Shown: positions 11,066 through 23,078, counted from the first letter of the stretch. The stretch is 61,625 nt of DNA from Klebsiella pneumoniae (GCA_945860125.1 CAMAPQ010000003.1:1-61625), one strand, 5' to 3'. Made by a program: numbers and translations. The notes: a model not told the origin generated them from the letters alone.

Positions 11066-12197
11066 TATTCTCCTTAATAGTCTCTTTTAATTTTAACCCT
11101 ATATGTTGATAGGTCTGATCTGTTGCCACGCGCCCTCTCGCTGTTCGCATTAAAAGACCCTGCTGAATAAGATACGGTTCAATCATTTCTTCAATCGTGC
11201 CTGCTTCTTCACCAATCGCCACAGCAAGACTATCCAAACCCACCGGCCCACCATTAAACTTTTCAATTAAAGTAAGCAGTAATTGGCGATCCATTTGATC
11301 CAATCCTAAGGCGTCAACGTTCAGTAAATCAAGCGCTTCTTGTGCCACCGCTTCAGTTACTTTTCCTTGCGCTTTTACTTCAGCAAAATCACGCACCCGA
11401 CGCAATAAACGATTAGCAATTCTAGGCGTACCACGCGCTCTTTGCGCGATTTCTCTAGCGCCTGCTTCATCTGCACTTAAACCTAACAAACCAGCGGATC
11501 GAACAACAATACGCGTAAGATCCGTAATATTATAAAACTCAAGGCGCTGCACAATACCAAAACGGTCTCGAAGAGGCGATGTCAATAAACCTGCGCGTGT
11601 TGTCGCCCCCACTAAAGTAAAAGGCTGTAAGTCAATTTTAATGGAACGGGCCGCCGGGCCTTCACCAATCATTAAATCAAGCTGGAAATCTTCCATTGCA
11701 GGATAGAGTACTTCCTCAATAACAGGACTTAATCTATGAATTTCATCAATAAAAAGCACATCATTCGGCTCTAGATGAGATAACAAAGCAGCTAAATCAC
11801 CTGCTTTTTCTAAGATAGGCCCCGATGTTGATCGCAACTTCACGCCCATTTCATTGGCGATAATATGCGCAAGCGTTGTCTTGCCTAATCCAGGGGGGCC
11901 AAAAATAAGCGTGTGATCAAGCGCTTCTCGGCGCGCCTTAGCAGCAGATATAAAAATTTCCATCTGATTTCTGACTGCATCCTGCCCCGTATAATCACAC
12001 AACAGAAAAGGACGGATTGCCCGATCAATTCTTTCTTCACCCTTCTTTTCAATAGGCGAAACAGTGCGATCAGATGGCTCAACAGCCTCTTCAGTCTCTT
12101 CAGGCTCTTCAGTCTCTTCAGGCTCTTCACTTAAGACATTTGAAAAAACAATTTCTCTTGAGAAAGGTTTGATCAACGTTTTTTCTCTATCAACCAT
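11052..12197 (-). CDS. ruvB: Holliday junction branch migration helicase RuvB
   Basis: [35 protein letters not shown]. Confidence 0.98.
   Translation of the reverse strand: MVDREKTLIKPFSREIVFSNVLSEEPEETEEPEETEEAVEPSDRTVSPIEKKGEERIDRAIRPFLLCDYTGQDAVRNQMEIFISAAKARREALDHTLIFGPPGLGKTTLAHIIANEMGVKLRSTSGPILEKAGDLAALLSHLEPNDVLFIDEIHRLSPVIEEVLYPAMEDFQLDLMIGEGPAARSIKIDLQPFTLVGATTRAGLLTSPLRDRFGIVQRLEFYNITDLTRIVVRSAGLLGLSADEAGAREIAQRARGTPRIANRLLRRVRDFAEVKAQGKVTEAVAQEALDLLNVDALGLDQMDRQLLLTLIEKFNGGPVGLDSLAVAIGEEAGTIEEMIEPYLIQQGLLMRTARGRVATDQTYQHIGLKLKETIKENNDRD
12087..12129. repeat. in-frame 9-bp tandem repeat encoding [14 protein letters not shown] in ruvB
   Basis: ctcttcagt/ctcttcagg alternating, about 5 units. 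Confidence 0.85.
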
Positions 12198-12228
12198 TTT
12201 GTTTGTCCTAATGCTCAGCTTTAAAAAA

Positions 12229-12861
12229 CTAAACCAGCATTACCTTGAGCGCAGAGCGAATTAATTCCTCACTCGATAGCCCCGCCACAAAAACTTTTTT
12301 TACAGCTTTTTCTGCGTCAATTGGCTTAAAACCCAAAGACATAAGCGCGCTTTCTGCTTCCATTTCAGCAGTTGACTTAAGCGTACTCCTTAAACTCTCA
12401 TACAATACGGTACTTTTTGCTGAAGGATGGGCTGAATTCAAAGATAATAAAGAAGCTTCCGTTTTTAACTTATCGCTTAATTCTAAAATGAGTCTTTCAG
12501 CTGTTTTTTTACCAATACCAGGAACTTGGATGAAGCGTTTTACTTCACCATTGAGCAAAGCTTCAACTAACTCTTTCGCACTCAAAGCAGATAACAAAGC
12601 AAGCCCTGCTTTAGGACCAATACCATTTACCTTTAGCAATAAACGAAATAGATTGCGATCTTCTCGACCAAAAAAACCATAAAGTAGATGGGCATCATCA
12701 CGAATGACAAGATGCGTGTAAAGTAACACTTCTCTTTCAAGCTCGGGCAATAAAAACAAGGTAGATAAAGGCACTTCGATTTCGTAGCCTATCCCAAACG
12801 CTTCCAAGCCAATTAAAGGGGGTTGTTTTTCTATCAATTTTCCACGAATCCATCCGATCAT
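12229..12861 (-). CDS. ruvA: Holliday junction branch migration protein RuvA
   Basis: [38 protein letters not shown]. Confidence 0.97.
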   Translation of the reverse strand: MIGWIRGKLIEKQPPLIGLEAFGIGYEIEVPLSTLFLLPELEREVLLYTHLVIRDDAHLLYGFFGREDRNLFRLLLKVNGIGPKAGLALLSALSAKELVEALLNGEVKRFIQVPGIGKKTAERLILELSDKLKTEASLLSLNSAHPSAKSTVLYESLRSTLKSTAEMEAESALMSLGFKPIDAEKAVKKVFVAGLSSEELIRSALKVMLV

Positions 12862-13415
12862 TGTATTCTTTTCCGTTTGTAACCATAAAGAGCAGCCGGC
12901 TTGAGCGCAGGAAAAACATTACTCACTTTAACAGGCTGTATTTTGTGAATACCTTCACTGTTATGCAAATGACACAAAGCAATACCCAAAGCATCCGCTG
13001 CATCTGCAGGCGGAGAAACAGACAACTTAAATAGGTGCTTAATCATATATTGCACTTGCTTCTTATCTGCATTGCCATTGCCTGCAACCGCTAATTTAGC
13101 TTGTCTTGCAGAATATTCGCTAAGAGGAATATTCGCTCTGGCAATCGCCACAATTGCTGCACCTCGCGCTTGCCCTAATTTTAGAGCAGACGAAACGTTA
13201 TGGGCTAAAAAAACTTGTTCAATCGCAGCTTCAGCTGGCTTAAAGTGATGAATAATTTGAGTCAAAGAATCAAATATTTCAGCTAAACGAGCAGGCATAG
13301 GACGGTCAGAAACACGGATACAACCGCTTTCAATATAGACCACATTACGACCATCCCACTCAATGATACCAAATCCTGTAATCCGAGAGCCCGGATCAAT
13401 CCCTAATATTCTCAT
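12858..13415 (-). CDS. ruvC: crossover junction endodeoxyribonuclease RuvC
   Basis: RILGIDPGSRITGFG, AIEQVF, LKLGQARG, DAADALGIALCH; ATG 13415. Confidence 0.97.
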   Translation of the reverse strand: MRILGIDPGSRITGFGIIEWDGRNVVYIESGCIRVSDRPMPARLAEIFDSLTQIIHHFKPAEAAIEQVFLAHNVSSALKLGQARGAAIVAIARANIPLSEYSARQAKLAVAGNGNADKKQVQYMIKHLFKLSVSPPADAADALGIALCHLHNSEGIHKIQPVKVSNVFPALKPAALYGYKRKRIQ

Positions 13416-13425
13416 TCCACATCCA

Positions 13426-14184
13426 CTATGAATACGACGCAATTTTCTCCATGACTGACTCAGGAATATCAACATTGGTATAAACGTTTTGAACATCATC
13501 CAAGTCTTCAAGCTGATCAATTAATTTAAGCACCTTTTCTGCAACTTCCGGATCTTCTATCGTTGTAAGCGTCGCAGGCGACATAACAACTTCAGCACGC
13601 TCGACGGAAAAACGCTGCTTTACGAGCGCCTCTTTAATAGGAATCACTAACTCCCACGGGGTAGTTACTTCAACAGACTGATCATCATGAATAATGACAT
13701 CCAACGCGCCCACATCTAGCGCTGTTTCCATTAAAAGATCTTCATTATGATAAGCGGCAAGGACAATCTCGCCCTGACGCTTAAATAAATAAGAAACAGA
13801 GCCTGATGTACCTAAATTACCAGCATTTTTAGTAAAAGCATGTCTTACTTCTGAAACGGTTCTATTGCGATTATCCGTCATGGTCTCAACTAATACCGCC
13901 ACACCAGAAGCACCATAGCCTTCATACGTCACTTCTTCAACCTGAGTACCTTCTTCATCGCCTACTCCACGTTTAATAGCGCGCTCAACCGTATCCCGAC
14001 TCATATTCACCTGCAATGCTTTATCCATCACCGCACGTAATCTAGGATTATCAGCAACAACACCGCCGCCCAATCTTGCCGCCACGGTAATTTCACGAAT
14101 TAGTTTAGTGAAAATTTTACCGCGCTTCACATCCTGAGCTGCTTTACGATGTTTGATATTCGCCCACTTACTATGACCCGCCAT
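13426..14184 (-). CDS. yebC: YebC/PmpR family protein
   Basis: MAGHSKWANIKHRK, YEGYG, TDNRNRT, DDVQNVY. Confidence 0.97.
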   Translation of the reverse strand: MAGHSKWANIKHRKAAQDVKRGKIFTKLIREITVAARLGGGVVADNPRLRAVMDKALQVNMSRDTVERAIKRGVGDEEGTQVEEVTYEGYGASGVAVLVETMTDNRNRTVSEVRHAFTKNAGNLGTSGSVSYLFKRQGEIVLAAYHNEDLLMETALDVGALDVIIHDDQSVEVTTPWELVIPIKEALVKQRFSVERAEVVMSPATLTTIEDPEVAEKVLKLIDQLEDLDDVQNVYTNVDIPESVMEKIASYS

Positions 14185-14198
14185 ACGCCCTTATTCCC

Positions 14199-15977
14199 TT
14201 AAAGTTTTTTTTCCTCAACGCGCACTCGAATGCCTAAATCGCGCAACTGCTGAGGTTCAACAGTAGAAGGTGCATCCGTCAATAAACAAGCAGCAGATTG
14301 CGTTTTAGGAAAAGCAATGACTTCACGAATTGATTTAGCGCCACACATTAGCATTACTAAGCGATCCAAACCAAAAGCTAATCCACCATGAGGCGGACAA
14401 CCAAATTTTAGCGCATCAAGCAAGAAACCAAACTTTTCTTGCGCAGCTTCAGCATTAATTTGCAAAAGATCAAATACAGTGCTTTGAACTTCACTATCAT
14501 GAATACGAATAGAACCACCGCCCAACTCAACACCATTTAACACCATGTCATAGGCCTGAGAAACAACTGCGCCAGGATTACGTTTTAGTTCATCTAAGTC
14601 ACTCTTAGGCGCTGTAAAGGGATGGTGTAACGCAGCCCATCTACCCGAGGCTTCTTTTTCAAACATAGGGAAATCCACCACCCAAAGTGGCGCCCATTGA
14701 TCACTCATTAGATTTAGATCTTGGCCGATTTTATTACGCAGCGCACCTAAGGATTCATTCACAACTTTTTCTTTATCTGCCCCAAAAAAGATAATATCGC
14801 CAGGCTGAGCACCGGTACGCGCAATAATGCCCGCTAAAGCTTCATCAGATAAGTTTTTAACAATAGGCGACTGTAACCCATCGCGCACAACCTCACACTT
14901 TTCATTGTATTTAATATAAGCAAGTCCCTTTGCACCATAAATACCGACAAACTGCGTATATTGATCAATTTCTTTTCTTGAAAGTTTATCGCCTGCGCCG
15001 TGTACGCACAGCGCCGCAACACGACCTTCTGCATCCACAGCAGGATTACTAAAAACACGGAAATCACTTTCTTTTACGAGATCACTCACCGTCACTAACT
15101 GTAAAGGATTGCGCAAGTCTGGCTTATCAACACCATACTTTTCCATTGCCTCGTAATAAGTCATTCGTGGAAAAACAGGCAGCTCAACAGATAAAAGCTG
15201 ACTAAACATTTTTCTAATCATGCCTTCAGCCAACCGCATAATATCTTCAGCATTCACAAAGGAAGCCTCAATATCAATCTGCGTGAATTCAGGCTGACGA
15301 TCAGCACGTAAATCTTCATCACGAAAACATTTTGCAATCTGATAATAGCCTTCAAATCCTGCCATCATTAATAGCTGCTTAAACAGCTGCGGTGATTGTG
15401 GTAAAGCGAAAAAAGAACCTTGATGGGTACGACTGGGCACTAAATAATCTCTTGCCCCTTCAGGCGTTGCCTTGGTCAAAATAGGTGTTTCAATATCAAT
15501 CAAGCCCATTTCTTCGAGATAATTTCTAGCAAGCGAAGTAACACGCGCACGAAACATGAGACGATCACGCAACAAGATGCGCCTTAGATCAAGATAACGA
15601 TATTTAAGACGCGTTTCTTCGCCCACTTCAGCATACTCATCCAAAGGAAAAGGCACAGGTTCTGAACGGTTTAATATCTCAACATGCTCGCCAACCATTT
15701 CAATACGTCCGGTTTGCATTTGCGGGTTTATCGTGCCCTCTGGCCTTAACCTAACCATCCCTTTAATTTTGAGCACATACTCAACGCGCACTTTTTCAGC
15801 AACCGCAAAACTATGCGGTGCAATAGGATCAAATACCACTTGCACTACACCAGAACGATCTCGCACATCAAGAAAAACAACGCCACCATGATCACGACGA
15901 CTCTGTACCCAACCGGCTATTTCAACAGACTCACTCACTAAGTGCTCGCGAACATCGCTACAAGCATGCGTACGCAT
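14199..15977 (-). CDS. aspS: aspartate--tRNA ligase
   Basis: [50 protein letters not shown]. Confidence 0.98.
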   Translation of the reverse strand: MRTHACSDVREHLVSESVEIAGWVQSRRDHGGVVFLDVRDRSGVVQVVFDPIAPHSFAVAEKVRVEYVLKIKGMVRLRPEGTINPQMQTGRIEMVGEHVEILNRSEPVPFPLDEYAEVGEETRLKYRYLDLRRILLRDRLMFRARVTSLARNYLEEMGLIDIETPILTKATPEGARDYLVPSRTHQGSFFALPQSPQLFKQLLMMAGFEGYYQIAKCFRDEDLRADRQPEFTQIDIEASFVNAEDIMRLAEGMIRKMFSQLLSVELPVFPRMTYYEAMEKYGVDKPDLRNPLQLVTVSDLVKESDFRVFSNPAVDAEGRVAALCVHGAGDKLSRKEIDQYTQFVGIYGAKGLAYIKYNEKCEVVRDGLQSPIVKNLSDEALAGIIARTGAQPGDIIFFGADKEKVVNESLGALRNKIGQDLNLMSDQWAPLWVVDFPMFEKEASGRWAALHHPFTAPKSDLDELKRNPGAVVSQAYDMVLNGVELGGGSIRIHDSEVQSTVFDLLQINAEAAQEKFGFLLDALKFGCPPHGGLAFGLDRLVMLMCGAKSIREVIAFPKTQSAACLLTDAPSTVEPQQLRDLGIRVRVEEKKL

Positions 15978-16184
15978 TGATGATACTTTAAACACACACT
16001 ACCCCTTAAAAAGACCTTCAAAATGAAGATAAACTATAACGCACAGCATCACTATATTTTTACAATAAAGCATGGAAATAAGGCATTTTTAACATCATTC
16101 ACCAAAGTGAAAGGATGCCAATCTTAAAAAATACAGCGGCGATAATACTGGATTTGAAAATTGTCTACAACTCGCACAAAAGTA

Positions 16185-16311
16185 TATACCCAAAGTAATT
16201 GGAAGCACGGTGAGGCGGCAAGCAAATGAACCCCATGAGCATAGATAAGCTATGTGATTGGGGTGAATGAGCGCGGCCAACAATGCCGTGGTTTCAAGTA
16301 CGAAGGGGGTA
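16185..16311 (+). repeat. ERIC-like repeat, copy 2
   Basis: same 127-bp element as 5657-5783. Confidence 0.9.
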
Positions 16312-16320
16312 GAGCAAGGA

Positions 16321-16734
16321 CTAATCAGCACCAGACGAACTAGGCGAAGATCCGCTCGAAGTAGACAAAGTTTTATCAGCCCCACTCCCTGAAGCACTCT
16401 TATTTACAGAGGCACTTGCAGAGGCACTGTCACTCGATGCGTTACGATCAGAAGTAGACTCTGCTGTTTTTAAGCTTTCATTCTCAGTATTTTTAGAGGC
16501 AGACTCCCCACCAGACTCCGCCCCAGCACCTTCCGTTAAGTTTTTCTTATTGCCAGACTTAAAATCAGTTTCATACCATCCACCACCCTTCAAACGAAAA
16601 GCTGCTGCTGAAATCTTTTTCTTTAACGTAGGGTTGCCACATTTAATACAATCTACGAGCGGTGCATCACTCATTTTTTGTAACGCTTCGCGGGCGGCAC
16701 CACAGTGAGTACACTGATATTCATAAATAGGCAT
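16321..16734 (-). CDS. FmdB family zinc-ribbon protein
   Basis: MPIYEYQCTHCG...CIKCG...FRLKGGGWYETDF, Ser/Ala-rich tail; upstream of aspS. Confidence 0.9.
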   Translation of the reverse strand: MPIYEYQCTHCGAAREALQKMSDAPLVDCIKCGNPTLKKKISAAAFRLKGGGWYETDFKSGNKKNLTEGAGAESGGESASKNTENESLKTAESTSDRNASSDSASASASVNKSASGSGADKTLSTSSGSSPSSSGAD

Positions 16735-16868
16735 AAACAAACCTCATTAAACAAACCAATTTAAAACGCCAATTAAAAACACAAATCTTCAACATATTTT
16801 TTGCTGCCGCATCATAACTAAAAAAGCATGATCTTAGAACAGAATGAATCACCTTTAACTAGGCTAAA

Positions 16869-16971
16869 TAGGACTTACGCAGAATTGTTCCAGCAAGGCG
16901 TCCTGACGAAGACAGTACACTCTGTACGGCGAGGCAGGACAACAAAGCTGGGCGATTTTGCGTAAGTCCTA
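16869..16971 (+). repeat. 103-bp palindromic MITE-like element (family B), copy 1
   Basis: TAGGACTTACGCA...TGCGTAAGTCCTA terminal inverted repeats; abuts tamB stop. Confidence 0.9.
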
Positions 16972-19900
16972 CTAAAAACTAATACTATAAATCAGATCCA
17001 GCGCCTGATCTAAACCACTCACCGCCTCTAAATACCACTTAGAAGAAAGCTGATACCTTAAAATAGTTTGACTAATAGGTGCAAAAACACCTTTTGCATA
17101 TTGAATATATAAATCTTCGCTAATCTCTTTGCCTACAGTAACCTGTAACTCACTACCACTCCCCGAAGTATCAATTTCAACTTCCTTTAAACCCCACTTA
17201 TCAGGCGTACGCCCTACTAATGACTTACCACCCTTCAAGCCCAACGCAACAGCTGCTTGCGTCATTAATGTCTGCTCTTGATTCTGCGCGCCAGAATCCT
17301 GCTGACGAAAAGTCGAACGACCTAATAAAATGTAAGACAAAATTTGTTGGTCATTTAAAACCTGGCTTAATGGTTCATCCGTATCAAGCGGCTCATAAAA
17401 CAAATGCGATACGGCATTTTGTGCTGAGCCTTGCAACAATAAACCTGCCAGCAGGTTATCCCTTTTTACCTCACGAACTGCTTCGATTTCAATCATGGGT
17501 CGATCTAATGGGCCATTAAAATCGATACTGCCTTTTCTAATTTTTAACTCTTGCCCCCATGCGGTATATTGCCCTTCAGCCACAGTTAACACGCCATTTG
17601 CCTGAATTTTATTCTTTCTATGCGAAAGACGTAGCTGACCTTCTAATCTTCCTTTGGCACCATACACATCAAATACCGTTTTTTTACCTAAGTGAAGCCC
17701 AACATTCAAATCAAAGGTGCCAAGCTGTGCAAGCGTTGCAGGATGCGAAAATTCCTCCTCAAGAACAACCACATCTTTTGATAAACCGATCTTTTGCGAG
17801 CCGCCTCTTTTTATAACTTTTGCCTGATCAATATTTATATCGCCTTCAAGTTTTATTTTTTCAGCATTCATACTGAAATTCACATTGGGTGAAATCCAAA
17901 ATTCAGACGGCAAGTCATAGACAAAATGAAAGCGATTACCGGTAATCTGCGCATTAATTTTAGGCAAACCAACTTCAGACCAATCAATATCACTCTTAAC
18001 CATCCCCTTTGCTTCAGCTACCTGATACTGCGCATCAACACCCGCACTTTTACCCTTTAAAATAGATTTTAACTGTATATTTTCAAGGCTCACTTTATAA
18101 CGCGGCAATGCGAATAACCCCTGCTCAACCGCTAAAATGCCATAAAACTCAGGCGAAGCTAACTGCCCCCCTAAGCGAATTTGAGCATTTAATGTCCCAC
18201 CTAACTTATCGTTTTCTTCAAAAAACAAGGCATAAGGTGCCAAGCTAATGTGGTTAATCGTTAAATCACCACCAAGTGTTCTAAGCGCATTATTATCGAT
18301 CCAAAAATGCGCATTCGCCAAAGGCTTGTCATGAGAAGCAAGCACGCCCTTCACTTCCCATTTTGCTTTATCAAAATGGGATTCAATATGTAATTGATCG
18401 AAGAAAATAGGCGACACAGATGAATCATTTTTAACTGATAATTGAGCACCATCTGCAACCCCCTCGATAACAAATGGCTGATTTTCGCCCAATATTGCAC
18501 GGCCTTTAGCCGTTGCCGCCCCACCGAATAGCCATAGAGACTCTTCATTATTTAGCAAACTCAAATCAGCCATTGCAGAAGAAAAATTAAACGTATGCAG
18601 TTTATCTTTTAGCACATAATCAGCGCAAAACTCACTCACATCATTAATCAAGCACAGCATTGATAAAGAAGCTTTTTCTGCTAAAAATGCCCACTCGAAT
18701 ATTGCTTGTTTTTTAACATCCCATTTTAATTTTTTATATTCAATTGGCAGAGACTGTACCGTTAAATGGTACACATCAGACGCGATACGACCTTGCGATA
18801 ATAATTCCCCCCGCACATGATCGCCGACAAATTTAGCCGTTAACTGATGCTCACGTTGATTACCAGAAAACTGCAAATCAAATCTTTCCCCATGCCATTT
18901 TTGAAGAACAAACTCACTAAAAAACAAGCTTCCTTCTAGTTGCGTTTGGCCCAATTTTTTCATAACAAGATTAAAACGTGCTTCTTTATTAGAAGAAAAA
19001 AAAGCAGACTTTATTTTTGCCGATGATATAACAGCTGTTATATCAGGTTCAGCAAATAAGCCTTTTACATCGATATGCCCTGTTAACTTGCCTTTTATCT
19101 CACGATTAAACACCGCTAAATCAAAGTCTTTTAAATCGCCTTGAACATCCCACACCTCCTTAAGCGATCCTTTAACCCTTAATTCTTGAGCGCCGTAACT
19201 TAATAAAAAATGATCCAATATTAGCGGCTTATCCTTTTTCCAATTTGCATCAAAAGAAAAGTCAAAAGGCTTTCCCATTAAAAAACCATTAAAATGTTCG
19301 CCCTGAAGATCAAATGAGGCATTTTTACCTAAAGTAAAATCAGCAGATAATAAACCATCAACTTTAATCTCCCGCAAAGGAAGAAACTCACTAAATGAAA
19401 ACTGATAAAAGGCAATATCAAGCGCGCCTTTTATCAGCGTAGGATGATAATTTCCCGTTACCGCCATATTTCCATATAACGAGTTAATAATGGCGGAATA
19501 ATCAATATTTTTAGGCGTAATTTTAGCCTGCAAATGATATGGATGTACCTCACCCTCTCTCACGATAAGATCGCCAGTTGTTGTTAAATTAATGACGCCT
19601 AAATGCCCGTTTAAATCACCCTCACCCGTTACTTGATTCAAGCCTATGCCTTGAGAAGAAGAAAAAGCAGGAAGTGAAAAGTGATAAGTAAATTCAAAAG
19701 GCAGCTTTTCTTTTTTAGGATGAAGCGTACCAACAGCAGAGAAATTGAATATCCCTTCTGAGTTAATTTCAGACTGAACTTTATTGATATCGCCCTTCAA
19801 TATTAGCTTTAATTGATTAATATCAGGCTGGCTAAATTTTACAGGTAATCGCTCTATTAATGACTCATCAAAAACAACGCGCGCCTCAGCATAAAAGGGA

Positions 19901-20484
19901 TAATCAGCATAACTACTGCCATGCGCTTTAAGCTCAACGACATATTGATTATCGTGTTTAAAGTGCCCTTCTTGAAGAACCCATTTTTCTTCTACCCAAT
20001 GCCCCAAAAAATACAGATCCTGAAAATTAAGGGTGTTATTTTTTTTATGTAAGACAACCGACTTAATATTAATATCGCCAACATCAAATAAAAAAGGCAA
20101 TCTTAATGCAGGTAATTTTATGCCATAAAAAATATTCTCAAAACTCTTTTTTTTATCTGATTCTTCAAAAAACAACTCAAGCTGATCCAGCCATAAATGA
20201 TCAACAGAAACTCTGCCTACCAATAAATCAGACAGATTTGCTTTAAAATACAGATGATCAATATAAAGTGAGGATAAAGATGACTCATTAAAAGAAACTG
20301 AAACACCACTTAAAGATAAACCGGTTAATAAGGAACCACTCATATCTTCAATGACAAAAGGCGCTTTTTTTTGCCCCGAAACTTTATAAAAAAATTGAAC
20401 GCCAAATTCTGTGGCAAGAAAAAGCCACAGCATAAAAAAAATAAAGAAGCCTAAGAAAAAAATACTTTTGAATAGCCGCATCAT
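16972..20484 (-). CDS. tamB: translocation and assembly module TamB
   Basis: N-terminal TM, long beta-rich repeats, DUF490-like C-terminus (GQYTAWGQ, YQLSSKWYLEAVSG); follows tamA. Confidence 0.88.
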   Translation of the reverse strand: MMRLFKSIFFLGFFIFFMLWLFLATEFGVQFFYKVSGQKKAPFVIEDMSGSLLTGLSLSGVSVSFNESSLSSLYIDHLYFKANLSDLLVGRVSVDHLWLDQLELFFEESDKKKSFENIFYGIKLPALRLPFLFDVGDINIKSVVLHKKNNTLNFQDLYFLGHWVEEKWVLQEGHFKHDNQYVVELKAHGSSYADYPFYAEARVVFDESLIERLPVKFSQPDINQLKLILKGDINKVQSEINSEGIFNFSAVGTLHPKKEKLPFEFTYHFSLPAFSSSQGIGLNQVTGEGDLNGHLGVINLTTTGDLIVREGEVHPYHLQAKITPKNIDYSAIINSLYGNMAVTGNYHPTLIKGALDIAFYQFSFSEFLPLREIKVDGLLSADFTLGKNASFDLQGEHFNGFLMGKPFDFSFDANWKKDKPLILDHFLLSYGAQELRVKGSLKEVWDVQGDLKDFDLAVFNREIKGKLTGHIDVKGLFAEPDITAVISSAKIKSAFFSSNKEARFNLVMKKLGQTQLEGSLFFSEFVLQKWHGERFDLQFSGNQREHQLTAKFVGDHVRGELLSQGRIASDVYHLTVQSLPIEYKKLKWDVKKQAIFEWAFLAEKASLSMLCLINDVSEFCADYVLKDKLHTFNFSSAMADLSLLNNEESLWLFGGAATAKGRAILGENQPFVIEGVADGAQLSVKNDSSVSPIFFDQLHIESHFDKAKWEVKGVLASHDKPLANAHFWIDNNALRTLGGDLTINHISLAPYALFFEENDKLGGTLNAQIRLGGQLASPEFYGILAVEQGLFALPRYKVSLENIQLKSILKGKSAGVDAQYQVAEAKGMVKSDIDWSEVGLPKINAQITGNRFHFVYDLPSEFWISPNVNFSMNAEKIKLEGDINIDQAKVIKRGGSQKIGLSKDVVVLEEEFSHPATLAQLGTFDLNVGLHLGKKTVFDVYGAKGRLEGQLRLSHRKNKIQANGVLTVAEGQYTAWGQELKIRKGSIDFNGPLDRPMIEIEAVREVKRDNLLAGLLLQGSAQNAVSHLFYEPLDTDEPLSQVLNDQQILSYILLGRSTFRQQDSGAQNQEQTLMTQAAVALGLKGGKSLVGRTPDKWGLKEVEIDTSGSGSELQVTVGKEISEDLYIQYAKGVFAPISQTILRYQLSSKWYLEAVSGLDQALDLIYSISF

Positions 20485-20486
20485 AA

Positions 20487-22268
20487 TTAAAACTCAGGCC
20501 CCATCGTCAAATGGAACCGAATATTTTTTTCAAAATCCAAAGGATAGGCCACATCCAAACGAATAGGCCCCAAAGGGGAATACCATCTTATACCAGAACC
20601 TATGGCTGTTTTTGCCTCAATTTTATTCGTAAAAGCAGAGCCGCTATCTGCAAAAAAAGCAACTCTCCAACGACCAATAAGCGGTTTTTCATACTCAACA
20701 GAACCTGCCACCAAGTAACGCCCACCTTCCAACAAACCAGAAGTTTGATTTGTAACGCCAAGCGACTCAAAAGAAAAACCCCGCACTGAGTGATCCCCTC
20801 CCGCACGAAATCTAACTGTTTCAGGTAAATCAGACACTTCGCTTTCACTCACAACCGCGCCCCACTGAAAACGAGAAATCAGGCGATTTTCTTTTGAAAC
20901 TTTTTTAATCCATCGATTTAACCCTGTCAAACGTAAATAATCATGATCACTACCCCATGCTCGCGCACTGGTATCTAACTCATAATGCTTTAAATTACCC
21001 TCATTGATTATCAACGTGCCATCCTTGCTCACCGCTTCAAAATAAATACCTGGCACAATCGAAATAGAAACATCCTCTAAACCATCATTAATAAACTCAT
21101 CTTTTGCAAGTTTAATAAAGCGTCCCATCATCCAGCCTGACTCAAAATTTTTAACTTTTTGAAAGTTCAGCGAAGAAGTTTTTGTATTTAAAATATCATC
21201 AGTTTTATGCGCAGCCCCTATTTCATAATATTGAAGAAAATCATTCAACACAGGTATTTGATAACGTGTTTCTAAAATATTTTTCTTGGCAGATAATTTC
21301 GTTTCCACCAAAACAGAATGGCCTTTATCGCTCACCCATGGCTGACGCCAACCAAAAGAAACACGCGGGCCGACATCGGTTGCATAACCAAGCCCTACCT
21401 TAAGGGTTCGTCTAGACTGCATAATGACTTCTATCTTAAGAGGAAGCGTTTCACCGCTTACTTTTTCAAAGTCAGGATTTATTTTTACCTGACTAAAATA
21501 ACCTGTTTTTATTAAGCTCAAACGATATTGAGCTAGCTCATCAGCTGTATAATAATCACCCATTTTAAAGGGTAATCTTTGATGAAAAATGGCTTCACGT
21601 AATAAGGAACCTGTAATAACCAAAGAAGAAATACGATATCGTTTACCACTATCAAACAATAAAGTAATGGATGCCGTTTTTTTCTCTAAAGAAACATTTA
21701 CCTTCTTTTCTTTAAATTCAGCATCAAAATAGCCTCGCGCTAAAGCAGCATTCAAATAATTTTCTTTCAGCTGCTCATACTTACCATGATGAAAAATATC
21801 TTTCTCTTTGATAGGCGCATTTTTACCCAATGCTTTAAAGGCAGGATCAGACAAAGCATCGCCTTTGACGACTAAAGCTAAAACATCAATTCTGATGGGC
21901 TCGCCTAAGACTAGCTGTATTTTTATTTTGTTTTTCTTTTCTAATTTTTCAAAAGAGACATCACACTCAGCAGCATAATAACCCAATGATTTTAACGCAG
22001 CTAAGCACGTCTCTTCACCTCTTTCGCGAATAAATGTTTTAGTAATATTTTTTTGCGCTTCTTCAAGATAAAAACGAATATTTTCTTTTGTTTTTTTATT
22101 GCCTTCGCCTGTAAATTCCCACTCTAAAGGTTTCAATTTTTTAGGCGCTTTTACTTCTTCTGCAACTTTTACTTCTTCTGCAACCGTAGCGTATGAAAAA
22201 ATTAAACCATAAAAAAATAACAGGCAAAAAAAAATATCTTTAACAATTGCTGCCAAGTCATTACACAA
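20487..22268 (-). CDS. tamA: translocation and assembly module TamA (Omp85 family)
   Basis: POTRA (ALARGYFDA), GYATDVG, RFRAGGDHSVRGF, RWYSPLGPIRLDVA. Confidence 0.93.
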   Translation of the reverse strand: MCNDLAAIVKDIFFCLLFFYGLIFSYATVAEEVKVAEEVKAPKKLKPLEWEFTGEGNKKTKENIRFYLEEAQKNITKTFIRERGEETCLAALKSLGYYAAECDVSFEKLEKKNKIKIQLVLGEPIRIDVLALVVKGDALSDPAFKALGKNAPIKEKDIFHHGKYEQLKENYLNAALARGYFDAEFKEKKVNVSLEKKTASITLLFDSGKRYRISSLVITGSLLREAIFHQRLPFKMGDYYTADELAQYRLSLIKTGYFSQVKINPDFEKVSGETLPLKIEVIMQSRRTLKVGLGYATDVGPRVSFGWRQPWVSDKGHSVLVETKLSAKKNILETRYQIPVLNDFLQYYEIGAAHKTDDILNTKTSSLNFQKVKNFESGWMMGRFIKLAKDEFINDGLEDVSISIVPGIYFEAVSKDGTLIINEGNLKHYELDTSARAWGSDHDYLRLTGLNRWIKKVSKENRLISRFQWGAVVSESEVSDLPETVRFRAGGDHSVRGFSFESLGVTNQTSGLLEGGRYLVAGSVEYEKPLIGRWRVAFFADSGSAFTNKIEAKTAIGSGIRWYSPLGPIRLDVAYPLDFEKNIRFHLTMGPEF

Positions 22269-22286
22269 AGCTCTCTTGCCAAAAAA

Positions 22287-23009
22287 CTATCGACTTGTTT
22301 CATTCACCCAACCTTGAACGACTGGCATTGAAAATATATGGCCATTAAAATTTAAGATAACGCCACTTTCAGTAATTTCAACCAACATAAGCCCTTCTTC
22401 AATAAACTCGCCTTCCTTCAATAACTGCCCATTCACAATCACAGAGCGAAAGGGACCATCAGAAGAATACATATGCGAATCAAAATGAAGTGAAGGCAAA
22501 GCAGATTGAACGGCTTTAGGTAAATCATAAGGAGAAGGCAGTTTATTAGGCTCTTCTTCATCTACTTGCAGACTTTCAGCGTAACGACGTGACTGTGGGC
22601 CTATTGTTTCAAACTGCGCCTCATCATTTACGATTTGCGTTTGTTCTGGCGCATTATTATGCGTTCTAATCACTGCCTTGGCTGTCACAATTTCGCGCTC
22701 TTGCTGATAATTTTTCTGTAGTGCCACAGGTGGCTTTGCTTGAGCTTGTACGGGCGCCAAAGACTCCGATTTAATCGGCGCTGACAATACCGCTTCCTGC
22801 GCTTGGGGCACTTTAGACTGATACTTCCAAAATAAATAACTCGCAAAAAAACTCAAGTTCAGTAAAAGCAAACCCATGAAAAACCAAGCCCAAATATTAC
22901 GGCGGTTTCTTTCAGGCAATACAGCGGACTCAATCGAATAAAAATTAGGCGACTCGCTTTTTTTACGGTCCTGCTCAGATTTTTTAAGCGCTTCTAAAAT
23001 ATATGACAC
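22287..23009 (-). CDS. exeB: type II secretion accessory protein ExeB/GspB
   Basis: SYILEALKKSE N-terminus, single TM, C-terminal SHMYSS..VIVNGQLLKEG; follows exeA. Confidence 0.85.
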   Translation of the reverse strand: MSYILEALKKSEQDRKKSESPNFYSIESAVLPERNRRNIWAWFFMGLLLLNLSFFASYLFWKYQSKVPQAQEAVLSAPIKSESLAPVQAQAKPPVALQKNYQQEREIVTAKAVIRTHNNAPEQTQIVNDEAQFETIGPQSRRYAESLQVDEEEPNKLPSPYDLPKAVQSALPSLHFDSHMYSSDGPFRSVIVNGQLLKEGEFIEEGLMLVEITESGVILNFNGHIFSMPVVQGWVNETSR

Positions 23010-23031
23010 ACTCACCCTCACTATCTTTTAT

Positions 23032-23072
23032 CTTTATTGTGACGCCTCTGGAACAATTTTGCGTAAGTCCTA
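23032..23072 (-). repeat. truncated family B element
   Basis: GACGCC..CTGGAACAATTTTGCGTAAGTCCTA, one end only. Confidence 0.8.
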
Positions 23073-23078
23073 ATAACG

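Noticed and set aside
16095-16397. ORF-track ORFs containing LIHPNHI.YLCSWG (also 25183, 25197, 27179, 34970, 59534)
   Set aside because: Translations of ERIC-like repeats, not genes
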